Shown: positions 11,701 to 24,000 of the stretch, one piece after another | Position numbering within the stretch: position 1 is the stretch's first letter | Layout of the letters: each line of letters begins with the position of its first letter | NCBI RefSeq assembly: GCF_037042905.1 | Contig: NC_087252.1 | Location: forward strand, 7,070,001-7,134,000 | DNA from: Lytechinus pictus | Lineage: Eukaryota | Direction of reading: 5' to 3' | Length of the DNA: 64,000 nt | Notes under the pieces: generated by a model | Database searches by the model: none | Seen by the model: only the letters and a program-made list of their open reading frames with translations | Told to the model about the DNA's origin: nothing | Made by a program: the position numbers and the translations under genes

Positions 11701-12983
11701 GTTGATTTGAGAAAACTGAAAACAGAACAAGAAACCTCACCATTCTTTAAACCTGTCTATGACTATCTTGCCCATGACATATTACCAAGTGATAAGAAAG
11801 CAGCAAAGACAGTCAAATTAAAGGCAGAAGAGTACATCCTTTGTGATGGTGTACTATTCAGACTTTTCTTTACGAAAGATGATGACTTCAGACTGCAACT
11901 TGCTATACCTGAGACTCTGACTGACACTATTATATCTCAATACCATGACAACTTGCTTAGTAATCACCAAGGGACCCAACGTACATATTTGACAATAAGA
12001 CGCAACTTCTTTATGCCAAATATGTTTGAACGAATTAACAATTACGTTAAAGCATGCCTACGTTGCCAACAATTCCGTGGCAAGCCTGACAAGACTAGAC
12101 CATTTCATACTAGGGTACCAGATTCTTACAGACCATTTGACCGCATTAGTCTTGACTTTAAGACCATGCCGACCTCATGTACCGGATTTAGACATTTGAT
12201 GGTTATCTGCGATGAAATTACAAGGTTTGTAATTTGCGCGCCTCTAAAATCGCTTGATGCTGAGACAATTTGCGAGGCACTCATCCAAAAAGTCATTTGC
12301 ATTTTTGGACCACCATCATGTCTTGTCACTGATGCAGCGGCTTCCCTTACAGGTAAGCTACTCACTGCATTATGTACAACTTTGAACATTGACCGCAAGG
12401 TGATCAGTGTAGAAAATCATGGGAGTCTACACACAGAGAGACACATTCAGACCCTTTCAAACTTTCTGAAAGTTAACCTCAATCAATTTGGCACCGATTG
12501 GGTGAGATTCATTTCGACAACATGTTATGCATACAACTCTTTCTCTTCCCCTCATCTTGGAAACCACAGCCCATACGAGCTAGTGTTTTGCCGAGAACCT
12601 CCTAATCTATCTAATCTATCTTTCAACCCAATGTCTGGTCTTTCATCTTCTTATGATGAGTATGCAGAGCATCTCAAAAAGAAATTTGACCAATTATCCA
12701 ACACAATGCTGTCATTACAGAGAAAACAGCAAGAAAGACAAAATACAAAGATCTCTAACAAATTGGATAAGACCCCAATCTACTCCACTGGTCAGCTTGT
12801 TTATCTTTACAAACCGACATCATCTTCTCTGACTGCAAATTCAAAGAAAATTGCAGCAGAATGGGTAGGACCTTTAGTAATTCATGACGTAATCGATAGA
12901 ACCCATTACATTCTTGCCACAATGAAAGGAGAAATCCTCCGGGACATCTTCAATTACAACAGACTCAAGCCCTGCTTCATGAG
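8761..12983 (+). CDS. pol: Pol (protease-RT-RNase H-integrase), 5' part up to the foldback insertion
   Basis: LFDSGAS protease; IDLKSAFH...AHHDDI RT; YSDTS/ELELFG/VDH RNase H; H..H..C..C plus DDE integrase; WVGP (GPY/F-like). The last ~17 aa of the tracked ORF come from the insertion. Confidence 0.95.
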
Positions 12984-15900
12984 TATGAGGCGCCGAATGT
13001 ACCAATATTATATAGAACAATTATTTGTTATATAATCATTATTTATTAAATAATAACTATTATTTATATATAATTTACATTTTATTTGTAAATAACTACT
13101 ATTATATAAAATATCATTTCTAATTATTTATATATAATTCCAAGTAATACTTCATTATTTGTAAATAATAATAGTTCGACATTCCATTATTTACAAATAA
13201 TGATTATTTGTTTTTCATTATTTATAAATAATGATTATTTGTTTTTCATTATTTATAAATAATGATTATTTGTTTTTCATTATTTACAAATAATGATTAT
13301 TTGTTTTTCATTATTTATAGATAATGATTATTTGTTTTTCATTATTTATAAATAATGATAATTGGTTTTTCATTATTTATAAATAATGATTATTTGTTTT
13401 TCATTATTTACAAATAATGATTATTTGTTTTTCATTATTTATAAATAATGATTATTTGTTTTTCATTATTTATAAATAATTTGTTGAGTTTTCCATTATT
13501 TATAAATAATGATTATTTGTTAAATAATGAAAACGTCTACTTCATTATTTATAAATAATTTTTTCGAGTGCACCATTATTCTCATTATTTATAAATAATC
13601 ATTAATTAATGTTCGAGTTTTCCATTATTTATAAATAAAGATTATTTGTTAAATAATGAAATATCTACTTCATTATTTATAAATAATAATTTTGTTTCAA
13701 TATCCCATTAATCATTATTTATAAACAATTTTTACAGTTTGCCATTATATACAAATAATCATTATTTATATACAAATAACCATTATTTATTAAATAATGC
13801 CATTATTTATTAAATAATGCCATTATTTATTAAATAATGGAAAACTCGCTATAACATGCAAATGTGGGACCGCCCATGATATGAATATTCATGATGCGAT
13901 TTCCTTTTTCGTGATTTTTCTTCACAAATTTTTGTCCATTTCCTCTTCATAATGACATTTCTTGAAGCAATTTTCTAGGGATATGGTCTGATTGTAATAT
14001 TCTTCATTTTCTATATAACTTCGTCTTCGTAGAAATATCAAAAAGTGTAATTTTATACGATTTTTCCTACAGTTCACAATCCCCATAGGCGCGCGTGTAC
14101 GGTAGGGACAACCGGTGAATCGACGGAGTGCTCTTCATCGAAATACTACGTTGGTTGGTCCCCGGAAGTGGCGGGCGGAATTTAGCCCGAATCCTCGATG
14201 GAAGTCGATCAAGTGCATATGAGCTGAGAGAGTGAAATATCCGAGTCAGTGTACTTGTACAGGCCCTTCTACTTTTTATAAATATTTCTTGTTGCTTTTT
14301 TTGTTAAGTTAATTTTTCCTGGTGTAGAGATAAGTTTCAGTTCTAATAATGCACTTCAAATACATTTTGGAGTGTCTGTTTGAGGCGTTTGGGGCGATTT
14401 CACCCTGGCCCCAAAATGCTCGCAACGACAATACGGGGGCATGATGACCCCTAAATTTTTAAAAACTTATTTTTCTATTGAAAATTATCACAAAATTCAC
14501 CAAAAGTGTGCACGAAAGCCTTCGTATTTCACTTTTAAAACTCCAAAAAGTGCCCAAATGACAAGCTTGGTCGCTTCGCTGTGTCGCTTTCAACTTGAGA
14601 ACGTTTACGCGTCTGCTTCCCCCCCCCCCCCCTCCTCCGAAAGAAATTATGTATACGGCCATGCTCTAAAGAGCCTGGCACATTGATTTATGTATACTTC
14701 ATTTTCATTATTTTTATCTCATTATCATCATGGCCTTACGCATAATTTTTTCCGGGGGGGGGGGGGTGGGGGCCGGGAGCAGGACGCGCGTAAACTTTCT
14801 CATAAAAATCTTGAAAAAGCGAAGCGACCAAGCTTGTCATTTGAGCTTGGTCGCGTCGCTGTCTCGCTTTCAAGATTTTTTTGAGAAACTTTACGCGCGT
14901 CCTAGCTGCTCCCCCCCCCCCCCCCCGGTAAAAATTCTGTGTAAGGCCATGATGATAATGTGATAAAAATAATGAAAATGAAAAGTACATATAAATCAAT
15001 GTGCCATATGCTCTTTTGAGCATGGCCGTTCACAGAATTTATTTCGGGGGGGTGGGGGCAGACGCGCGTAAACGTTCTCAAGTTGAAAGCGAGACAGCGA
15101 AGCGACCAAGCTTGTCATTTGGGCTTGGTCCCGTGGCTGTCTCGCTTTCAAGATTTTTTTGAGAAAGTTTACGCGCGTCATGCTCCGGCCCCGGCCCCCC
15201 TGGAAAAAATTCTGCATAAGGCCACGTTGATAATGAGATAAAAATAATGAAAATGAAAGTATACATAAATCAATGTGCCAGGCTCTTTAGAGCATGGCCG
15301 TATACAGAATTGGCGGAGGAGGGGGGGGGATATATCGAAGCAGACGCGTAAACGTTCTCAAGTTGAATGCGACACAGCGAAGCGACCAAGCTTGTCATTT
15401 GGGCACTTTTTGGAGTTTTAAAAGTGAAATACGAAGGCTTTCGTGCACGCTTTTGGTGAATTTTGAGATAATTTTCAATAGAAAAATAAGTTTTTAAAAA
15501 TTTAGGGGTCGATCATGCCCCCGTATTGTCGTTGCGAGCATTTTGGGGCCAGGGTGAAATCGCCCCAAACGCCTCAAAAAGACACTCCAAAATGTATTTG
15601 AAGTGCATTATTAGAACTGAAACTTATCTCTACACCAGGAAAAATTAACTTAACAAAAAAAGCAACAAGAAATATTTATAAAAAGTAGAAGGGCCTGTAC
15701 AAGTACACTGATATTTCACTCTCTCAGCTCATATGCACTTGATCGACTTCCATCGAGGATTCGGGCTAAATTCCGCCCGCCACTTCCGGGGACCAACCAA
15801 CGTAGTATTTCGATGAAGAGCACTCCGTCGATTCACCGGTTGTCCCTACCGTACACGCGCGCCTATGGGGATTGTGAACTGTAGGAAAAATCGTATAAAA

Positions 15901-16987
15901 TTACACTTTTTGATATTTCTACGAAGACGAAGTTATATAGAAAATGAAGAATATTACAATCAGACCATATCCCTAGAAAATTGCTTCAAGAAATGTCATT
16001 ATGAAGAGGAAATGGACAAAAATTTGTGAAGAAAAATCACGAAAAAGGAAATCGCATCATGAATATTCATATCATGGGCGGTCCCACATTTGCATGTTAT
16101 AGCGAGTTTTCCATTATTTAATAAATAATGGCATTATTTAATAAATAATGGCATTATTTAATAAATAATGGCATTATTTAATAAATAATGGTTATTTGTA
16201 TATAAATAATGATTATTTGTATATAATGGCAAACTGTAAAAATTGTTTATAAATAATGATTAATGGGATATTGAAACAAAATTATTATTTATAAATAATG
16301 AAGTAGATATTTCATTATTTAACAAATAATCTTTATTTATAAATAATGGAAAACTCGAACATTAAATAATGATTATTTATAAATAATGAGAATAATGGTG
16401 CACTCGAAAAAATTATTTATAAATAATGAAGTAGACGTTTTCATTATTTAACAAATAATCATTATTTATAAATAATGGAAAACTCAACAAATTATTTATA
16501 AATAATGAAAAACAAATAATCATTATTTATAAATAATGAAAAACAAATAATCATTATTTGTAAATAATGAAAAACAAATAATCATTATTTATAAATAATG
16601 AAAAACCAATTATCATTATTTATAAATAATGAAAAACAAATAATCATTATTTATAAATAATGAAAAACAAATAATCATTATTTATAAATAATGAAAAACA
16701 AATAATCATTATTTGTAAATAATGAAAAACAAATAATCATTATTTATAAATAATGAAAAACAAATAATCATTATTTATAAATAATGGAATGTCGAACTAT
16801 TATTATTTACAAATAATGAAGTATTACTTGGAATTATATATAAATAATTAGAAATGATATTTTATATAATAGTAGTTATTTACAAATAAAATGTAAATTA
16901 TATATAAATAATAGTTATTATTTAATAAATAATGATTATATAACAAATAATTGTTCTATATAATATTGGTACATTCGGCGCCTCATA
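12984..16987. mobile_element. Foldback-type giant palindromic non-coding insertion (~4 kb)
   Basis: TATGAGGCGCCGAATGTACC...GGTACATTCGGCGCCTCATA termini with ~1.8-kb inverted arms. Duplication is CATGAG (12978-12983, 16988-16993), or ATGA if the terminal G/C belong to the element. Confidence 0.93.
13185..13480. repeat. 31-bp AT-rich tandem array (about 9 units), mirrored at ~16490-16785
   Basis: 31-bp period; each unit contains the 20-bp palindrome TCATTATTTATAAATAATGA. Confidence 0.9.
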
Positions 16988-16988
16988 C

Positions 16989-17513
16989 ATGAGAGCTTCC
17001 AATAATAAGAAAAATATCACACACATTCAGAAACTGAGAGAGGCATTAGGAAGAAATACTACTGACAAGGAACAAGGGTGCATAAACACAATAAACTTCA
17101 TCAATGAAAATGATGAAAAATTGCCCGAATTCAATGTTACGCCAGTAGAATGTTCCCAGATGACTAACTCAGTTGATACATCAGACTATTTGCATGCCAT
17201 GACAGAAAATAATGGACTAGCTTCACCCACCCCTCTAACAAAACCAGACCTAGATAGGCAACTTGACCTCCTTATGACTTCCCCCAATAATGGACACATG
17301 AAAATACACAGAGGACGATTCAAGGACGGACAACTACAGATCCTGACGTCATATGATAAAGTATGTGACGATAAACCCACAGAAATTAGGTTTTGGTGGA
17401 ACATTGGAATGTACAAAGACACTGAGACATTGATCAGACAGATAATTGCTAGAAGAATTATTCCTGTGACAGGTACTCCACAGAGATTTTTCAGACAATT
17501 GTATTTGATGTAG
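16989..17513 (+). CDS. pol: Pol C-terminal continuation of Gypsy element 1
   Basis: Removing the insertion and one TSD copy gives an in-frame ...RLKPCF-MRASNNKKN... running to the stop at 17513. Confidence 0.9.
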   Translation: MRASNNKKNITHIQKLREALGRNTTDKEQGCINTINFINENDEKLPEFNVTPVECSQMTNSVDTSDYLHAMTENNGLASPTPLTKPDLDRQLDLLMTSPNNGHMKIHRGRFKDGQLQILTSYDKVCDDKPTEIRFWWNIGMYKDTETLIRQIIARRIIPVTGTPQRFFRQLYLM

Positions 17514-18392
17514 ATAGTAATTGCTTAATGTTTAATGTTGTATGTGATTGAATTATATTGTTGACAATGTGTTTAATTTAGTTTAATTTAGTATACATAT
17601 TTTATTGAACAAATATTTATCATCGCAAGGTTGATTACCAAGATAAGTTTGAATTTATACTTGTCATATGATGATATCTATCAAGTTTGAAAGTACTTGT
17701 TTATTTTGTTCTTTTATAACATGAATAAGGAAAGATATTCTCCAACAGGATAGGAGTGATAGTAATAATTGAGTTCTATGTTGATTGCTTCATTTGAAGT
17801 ACATATTGGCTGGCCTTCCTAACATAGAGAAACTGTCATTTCTAGAGCGCACCTGTTAACTTTCCACTAATTATCATGTTGATCAGATGCTAACATTTAT
17901 ATAGCATACACATTTTTTCTTGTTATTGCTGTTATTGCTTGAACTAATTTAGTGCTATAGTTAGAGAGAAATTAATCTGTATTCTTCGTTTAATTAGAAG
18001 GAGTTTGTATTATGTAATTAATGAACATTGATTTAATAATATTTGTTTCAAGTTGCATAAGTCTGCACGAGTTAATATATATATTATCATTATTGGTTGA
18101 TCAGTTGATTAATTTACTTGTGTGTTACTTTATTTCAATATATTTTGTTTTTTTAAGTTCTGTGAATGTACCAGTATTCGATGTGTTAGTTGTATCTTTA
18201 GTTTAAGTTGAAATTAGTTAAGATGTAGAATAAGTTTAATCCTCTTAGTATAAATAGTACGTGTGAGAGAGTGAAAGTACAGTGGACAATTGAGATACAC
18301 TATTCTGGTTTCACTCAATTTTCAAAATGAACTTTTGTAATCTATTTGTATACAATTTTTTTTCCCAAATGAGGAGAGGAGCCTCATTTTCC

Positions 18393-18404
18393 AAAGAAAG
18401 GGGA
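18393..18404 (+). promoter_or_regulatory. Polypurine tract
   Basis: AAAGAAAGGGGA abutting the 3' LTR. Confidence 0.85.
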
Positions 18405-19046
18405 TGTTATGTAGTATGTAGTTAACTTCCTGTTATCCTTTCAGTCATTCACCTTCACTTGTTTACAAACACCCCCAATGTCATCTAAGAATCCCAAACC
18501 CCCCAAGACCATTTAACTCCTAAACCTTGACCATAAAATGACCAACCCTCAGTGACGTCAGGTTACTTCATGGAAGAAGTATGACTCACACTTCCAGCCC
18601 CAGTCACCCGCACAGAGAATCACCACACCCCTTATACCAGAGAAAGTTTGATAGACAGTTACCTGTAGACCAATCAGATCGAATTTAGAGATCACTCCCA
18701 CCTTAAATTGTTACACCCCCAAAACTAATGATATAAATAAGACTTCTTGATTATTGGAGATAGAGAATACCAACGATAGAATACTAGACCCACACGAATC
18801 CTGACTGACTGACTTCAAAACTTAGATGTCCATCCAGTATTAATTTAACTTCACTTCGAATCTTAATCTTATACTTCGAAATTATTTTATATTCATCGTC
18901 TTCTATTATATCTGAATCTTCATGTACTTCGAACTGTAGCTGAATATTGATGAATAAATACTTTGTGATATTGAACTGCTTAAGTTTCTTCAAGTTTCCT
19001 CATTACGCTTCCCATCAATAATCACCGAACCGATCCCAACATAACA
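18405..19046 (+). repeat. 3' LTR of Gypsy element 1
   Basis: 642-bp copy of the 5' LTR followed by TSD ATAT. Confidence 0.97.
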
Positions 19047-19533
19047 ATATATCGAGTTGAATTCTCTTGACAGGTAAAACATCTAATAAAGAATATGTTA
19101 TATTTTGTTCTCTTCCGAAAGGCATGTTTCCTCATGTTCATCACTATTTTATAATTGATGGTGATATTATCAATCAACCTTGCATATGATACTAACACAA
19201 TATTCTTAACATCATAATAACGTGAATATACAACATAGAAGCAATTAATGCAATCACAATATTCAGCACAGTAAAACTCATATTCCCAATATCATACAAT
19301 CATAATAGACAATGTTTAAAATATAAGTACAAGTAATATTTAATGTCTAATCGCAAATTCTCGTTGGTGTTTTTATAACGATTTCAATTTTGTAAATGTG
19401 GAATCCCAAGATCCGGACTACCAGGTTATCCTTAACAACACCTAGTTGTATTCAGTGAGAGCTGAATATAATGTTCTGATGAAAACCCGGAATACTTTTG
19501 TGCAGTATCTCTAACAAGTAGTATCTATGTTGA

Positions 19534-21096
19534 CAGAGGCGTAACTTCGGGGGGGCACGTGCCCCCCCCCCCCCCCCCCCCCATCGGCTGGCCAAAAAAA
19601 AACGCGGAAAAGGGAGAGAAAGAGGGAGAAAGGAAGAGAAACGTAGTGGGAAAGAGAATTTAGTAATTTTATATGATATTATAATTATGTTATATTACTG
19701 TATATTACATAAATAAACATTTTTTTCATAACTTTATGAAACATAATTTGCTCAGAGCCTATGGCTTCATTGTTCCTGGTGCTCATATTGTCTGTTTAAC
19801 TAGATACATGCATAATAGATAAAACATTTTTTTTCGGAATACTATACTTTTCCAGTATATTTGAGAGACATGACGTTGTCAAATCAAAGTCAATTTATAC
19901 CAAAAATGTTTCCTTGCAGTTCGAGCTATTATTGTTTTATGTAGTGACATATGCTTCTTTTCATGACTACTTAAAGTGATCGCCCCGTTTTAAGGTCTTA
20001 ATATAAAACATTTCCTGTCCGTGCTTACGTTCGCATTAAAGGATTGGTGAAATATGTCTGCTCTTCATGAATTCCTAAAATCAGTCCTTAAATGTCCCTT
20101 TTTTCTGATCTGAATATCAAAAATTTTCAGCTCGCGCTTCGCGTTCGCATCATTTGGTTAGTGAAATACGTATGGTCTTAGTATATTCCTACAAACAAGC
20201 CTCAGAATGCCCCTCTTCAGGTATGAATTTCCTATATTTTCAGCTCGCGCTTCGCTCTCGCAATATTTCATTAATGAGATGCGTATGATAATCATGATTA
20301 CAATGACAACAAAAAGAGCTTCATGTGTTTAGATGTAATTCTAACAAAATCAGCATGCGTTTGGCACTCGCATTAGATGAATATGGTGAGATATGTATAC
20401 TCTTAACGGATTCCGTAAAAAAATAGTCCTCAAAATATCATTTTTTCTGATCTGAATATCAAAAATTTCCAGCTCGCACTTCGCGCTCGGATCATTTGAT
20501 CAGTGAAATACGTATGGTCTTAGTGATTTCCTACAAACAAGCATTAGAATGCCCCTCTTCAGGTCTGAATTTCCTAAATTTCAGCTCGCGCTTCGCGCTC
20601 GCAATATTTGATTAGTGAGTTGCGTATGTTAATCATGATTACAATGATTACAAGTGCTTTATGTGTTTATATATAATTATAACAAAATCAGCATGCGCTT
20701 GGCACTCGCATTAGACGAATATTGTGAGATAAGTATACTCTTATTTGATTACTAAAATATAGTCCTTAAAATGTCCCTGTTTGGGGTCAATATATACAAA
20801 AATTTCAGCTTGTACTTCGCGCTCGTATTGTTTGTTTAACGAGACAGGTATGTAACATTATAACAAAAATTTGCTTATAATGTCCCTTTCTAGATCTGAA
20901 TATTAAAAGTTTTCAGCTCGCGCTTCGCGCTCGCATTATTTGGTCAGTGAGATACATATCCGTTTAATGGCACTGTCCTGAAAATGTCTCCTTTAGGTCA
21001 GTATACCTAGCATAATGAGCGCGCTTCGCGCGCTCACAAGGTGAATCAAAATTGTTGATGGTGCCCCTTAATGCCGTGACCCACGGTACGCCACTG
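19534..21096. mobile_element. Non-autonomous hAT-like element with internal tandem CAGCTCGCGCTTCGCGCTCGC repeats
   Basis: CAGAGGCGTA...TACGCCACTG termini; 8-bp flanks TATGTTGA / TCTGTTGA (7/8). Repeats of the same family occur at ~1290-1535 in the opposite orientation. Confidence 0.75.
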
Positions 21097-24000
21097 TCTG
21101 TTGAATAATCAGTAGCTTCTGATTTAGACTCAAATTTTAAGCTTTATTTATGATAATTTTATTCCAAAGACCGAATTGTCAAGAGCTTTGGATTTCTAAT
21201 ATTCTTTAAAAGTATTCTTAAGTATACGCCCCTCTAAATATTATTTGCTCATGCCTGGTCACTTACTTTGTCCCTTGAATTGATTGGTTAAGATATTTTT
21301 ACTACCACTTTCAACGGAAGGAGTGGGAAACAAGACTCTATTCTCTCTGAGAAATGTCTGACGTCTTGGCTGGGTCAATGTTTACAATTCTATCCACTGG
21401 TACTTCTCCTTTTATAGGCATAAGGCTTCTCTCTCAGGGATATATACCCAAGAAATCTGACTGACCGGTAGTTTGAACCATCGTCATATTTACTTGGAAA
21501 ACTTTCACCGGAAGTTCTCTTCTTCCTTCATTTGAATTTCATCCATACCTTAGGAATGTTTTACTGCTATGTTATATTGTAAAGAACTTACATTGATGAT
21601 ACATTTATGAATTACCAATAAATTAAAGGAAAACAGTAATTCCTTTTAAACGGCAATGATATATATTTGCAAACACAAATTTTCATGGAGCATACAATAT
21701 AGCAATCTCAATATTACATAACAGTTGCACAATAATTAATACACATTTACAATTATGCAATTATAAACTTAATATCACACGATACAATCAATAAATACAG
21801 TCATCTCTTTACATTCACCTTCTCGCTATTTCAATCATGAAAATTTATATAGAGTAAGAGCAGTTTATGGTTGCCACTTGCTAGTATTTAATTTGAGTAG
21901 GATAAAATTGTTTAATTCTCTGACTTCTGCACGTGGTAAATATTCTTTGACCGAATGTCTTACTTTTATCGTGTCAATATATTAAAATCAATTTCGACAT
22001 TCATTTCATATTTTCTCGTACACTTGTAAACAGTATAATCAACATTTATTTTTCCCCTTCCATTCATTGCATTACATAATACTACAACATGTAACATATT
22101 TTTTTTTATCTTCTTTGTAGAAGATCAGTAACCACTTAAAACAAATTTAAATCAATTGCATTTCATCACACTACCTCTCTATTTTCATTTATCATATGAA
22201 GAGCTCAGTTGCAAAAGGGTTAGCTCCATTTTTCATCAAATTTGATTTTTTTTTTGGGGGGGGGTCTCAATGTAAAGATTTTTAGTAGCTCTATAAGATG
22301 ATATCAAAGAAGGGCTGTAATTCCCCTTAAAAAGTAAACAAAAATGGCTAAGAAAAATCTTTTTTTTTTCAAAAGGGGTTAGGTCTAATTCAGTTTGGTT
22401 GCAATTTTTTTTTTTTTTTTGGAAAAGGATATTTTTTTAAAAAATATGAAGACTCAGAATAATTTACAAGTAACTTGCACCCTAGTCCTGCCGACAGGAC
22501 GATCCATTAAAACCGAAAAAGAAAAGGGGTACGGTAATACATGTACCCGTCGGTTCACTGTCGTCCTGACGGCATCGCCGGGGTATAGCGCATTGCAACC
22601 CCAAAAATATGACATTTTAATGTATTAACATGACCAAAAGTATGACATAAAAAGCACCACTACAACATGAACAGAAGATAAAACAAACTCACAAAGACAA
22701 TTAACACAAAATACTAATCTACAGTGTTACAATTTATGCAATGGAAAAAAAACTTATTATGTTCTGCCATTTTACATTGTGTTTATTGAGTTTGTTTTTC
22801 TTTTTTGCAACAATTTCCTCAGTAACTTTATAAGATAAAAGATAATGATTAAATTGTTTCTCCTTTTTCTTAAACTAGGGAGAGTCTCTTGGTATTTACA
22901 TCGCAAAATGAATTGTTTACCAAGTAAAATTAGAAAAAAATTAAATGCTAAGGTGGGTTGACTAATGGTTCTAGTAATCCAAATAAAATAGTATCTCGTG
23001 AAAGGAAATAATTAGGATTAAAATCAATCACTCTCATACGCAACGCATTCCAAAAGGATGCTATTTTAGGGCATGCAAAAAACAAATGATCCAAAGTCTC
23101 GAGTGTCACATTGCAAAAAGAGCATAATGCATTGGTTTTCTTTCCTATTTTTGTGAGCCATTCATTTGTAGGTATTAAGTTGTTTAAAATTTCATAGTGT
23201 GTGATTCGAAGTCTGGTGTCAATAGTGATTCGTAATGGAAGAGTGAACAATTTGGAATTCTGTCGCCTATCGATGTTGTAAAGTTGATTAAAACGAGTAA
23301 ACACCTTGGAGGTTTCGGAGTTATTAATATTTAAAAAAGTGCGATAAAATTGCTTAGTCGATATATTCTGAATTTGTCTAAATGCAGATTCACAGAAAAG
23401 AGAAGGGAAATCCCCGGGTTCTTTTACAAGATGATGGTAGTTTTGTTGTAAAAAGAAAACTTTCCATTTTCCTGGCATTATTTTATAGCAATCTAACAAT
23501 TCAAAATACTCCGTAAGCTTTAACCCCTTTTCTTTCGCTTCCCTCCAGCGTAGTGGGCGTCCAAATTCATCTAAAATATCAGTAATTTTAGTGAATCCCT
23601 TTTCTTTTATGTTTGGTTTATAAATAGATTTTCCTTTAAATGTGATATATTGATTGTTCCATATAAACTCATTAGTAATATCTATTTTCCTTTCCAATAA
23701 ACACCATGTTTGTAAAATGTCCAACAACCAATTTGACACTTCAATATTCAAATATTTCATATCAAAATTACAATAAAAAATATATTCTCCACCGACAGGT
23801 GACAACAATTCTATACATATATCTTTCCAGCCCTTCGAAGTTGAGGAGAAAAGTCTCGAAACCCATTTAATTTTCTGAGCTTGAATAATCGATTTGATGC
23901 AAGTCATCTTTAACCCCCCGTCATCGTATTCTTTAACCAACACTTCACGTTTTACATGTACTCTATCAGGACCACCCCAAATGAATTCATACAGTAATGT

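Larger units (their letters stand above)
6291..19046 (+). mobile_element. Ty3/Gypsy LTR retrotransposon, full length, interrupted by a foldback insertion
   Basis: Two 642-bp LTRs (TGTTATGT...ACATAACA), 4-bp TSD ATAT (6287-6290, 19047-19050), PBS, PPT, gag, and pol in PR-RT-RH-IN order. Confidence 0.97.

Noticed and set aside
8243..12398. Antisense and alternate-frame ORFs over gag/pol (also over element 2 and the LINE ORFs)
   Set aside because: Shadow ORFs of real coding frames.
13185..13480. CRISPR-like appearance of palindromic repeats (also 45500-47062 and 52171-52596)
   Set aside because: No unique spacers, no cas genes, eukaryotic TE context.
14441..15497. Short ORFs in the foldback centre as a transposase
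   Set aside because: All under 100 aa, derived from repeats and G/C runs, no motifs.
12984..16987. Assembly or chimeric-read artefact as the explanation for the palindrome
   Set aside because: Arms differ (6-bp indel near 14241, different repeat counts), a TSD is present and the host frame resumes exactly. Long-read confirmation is still desirable.
17514..18404. env gene in Gypsy element 1
   Set aside because: Only a 61-aa hydrophobic ORF from T-rich sequence; no signal peptide/furin/TM layout.
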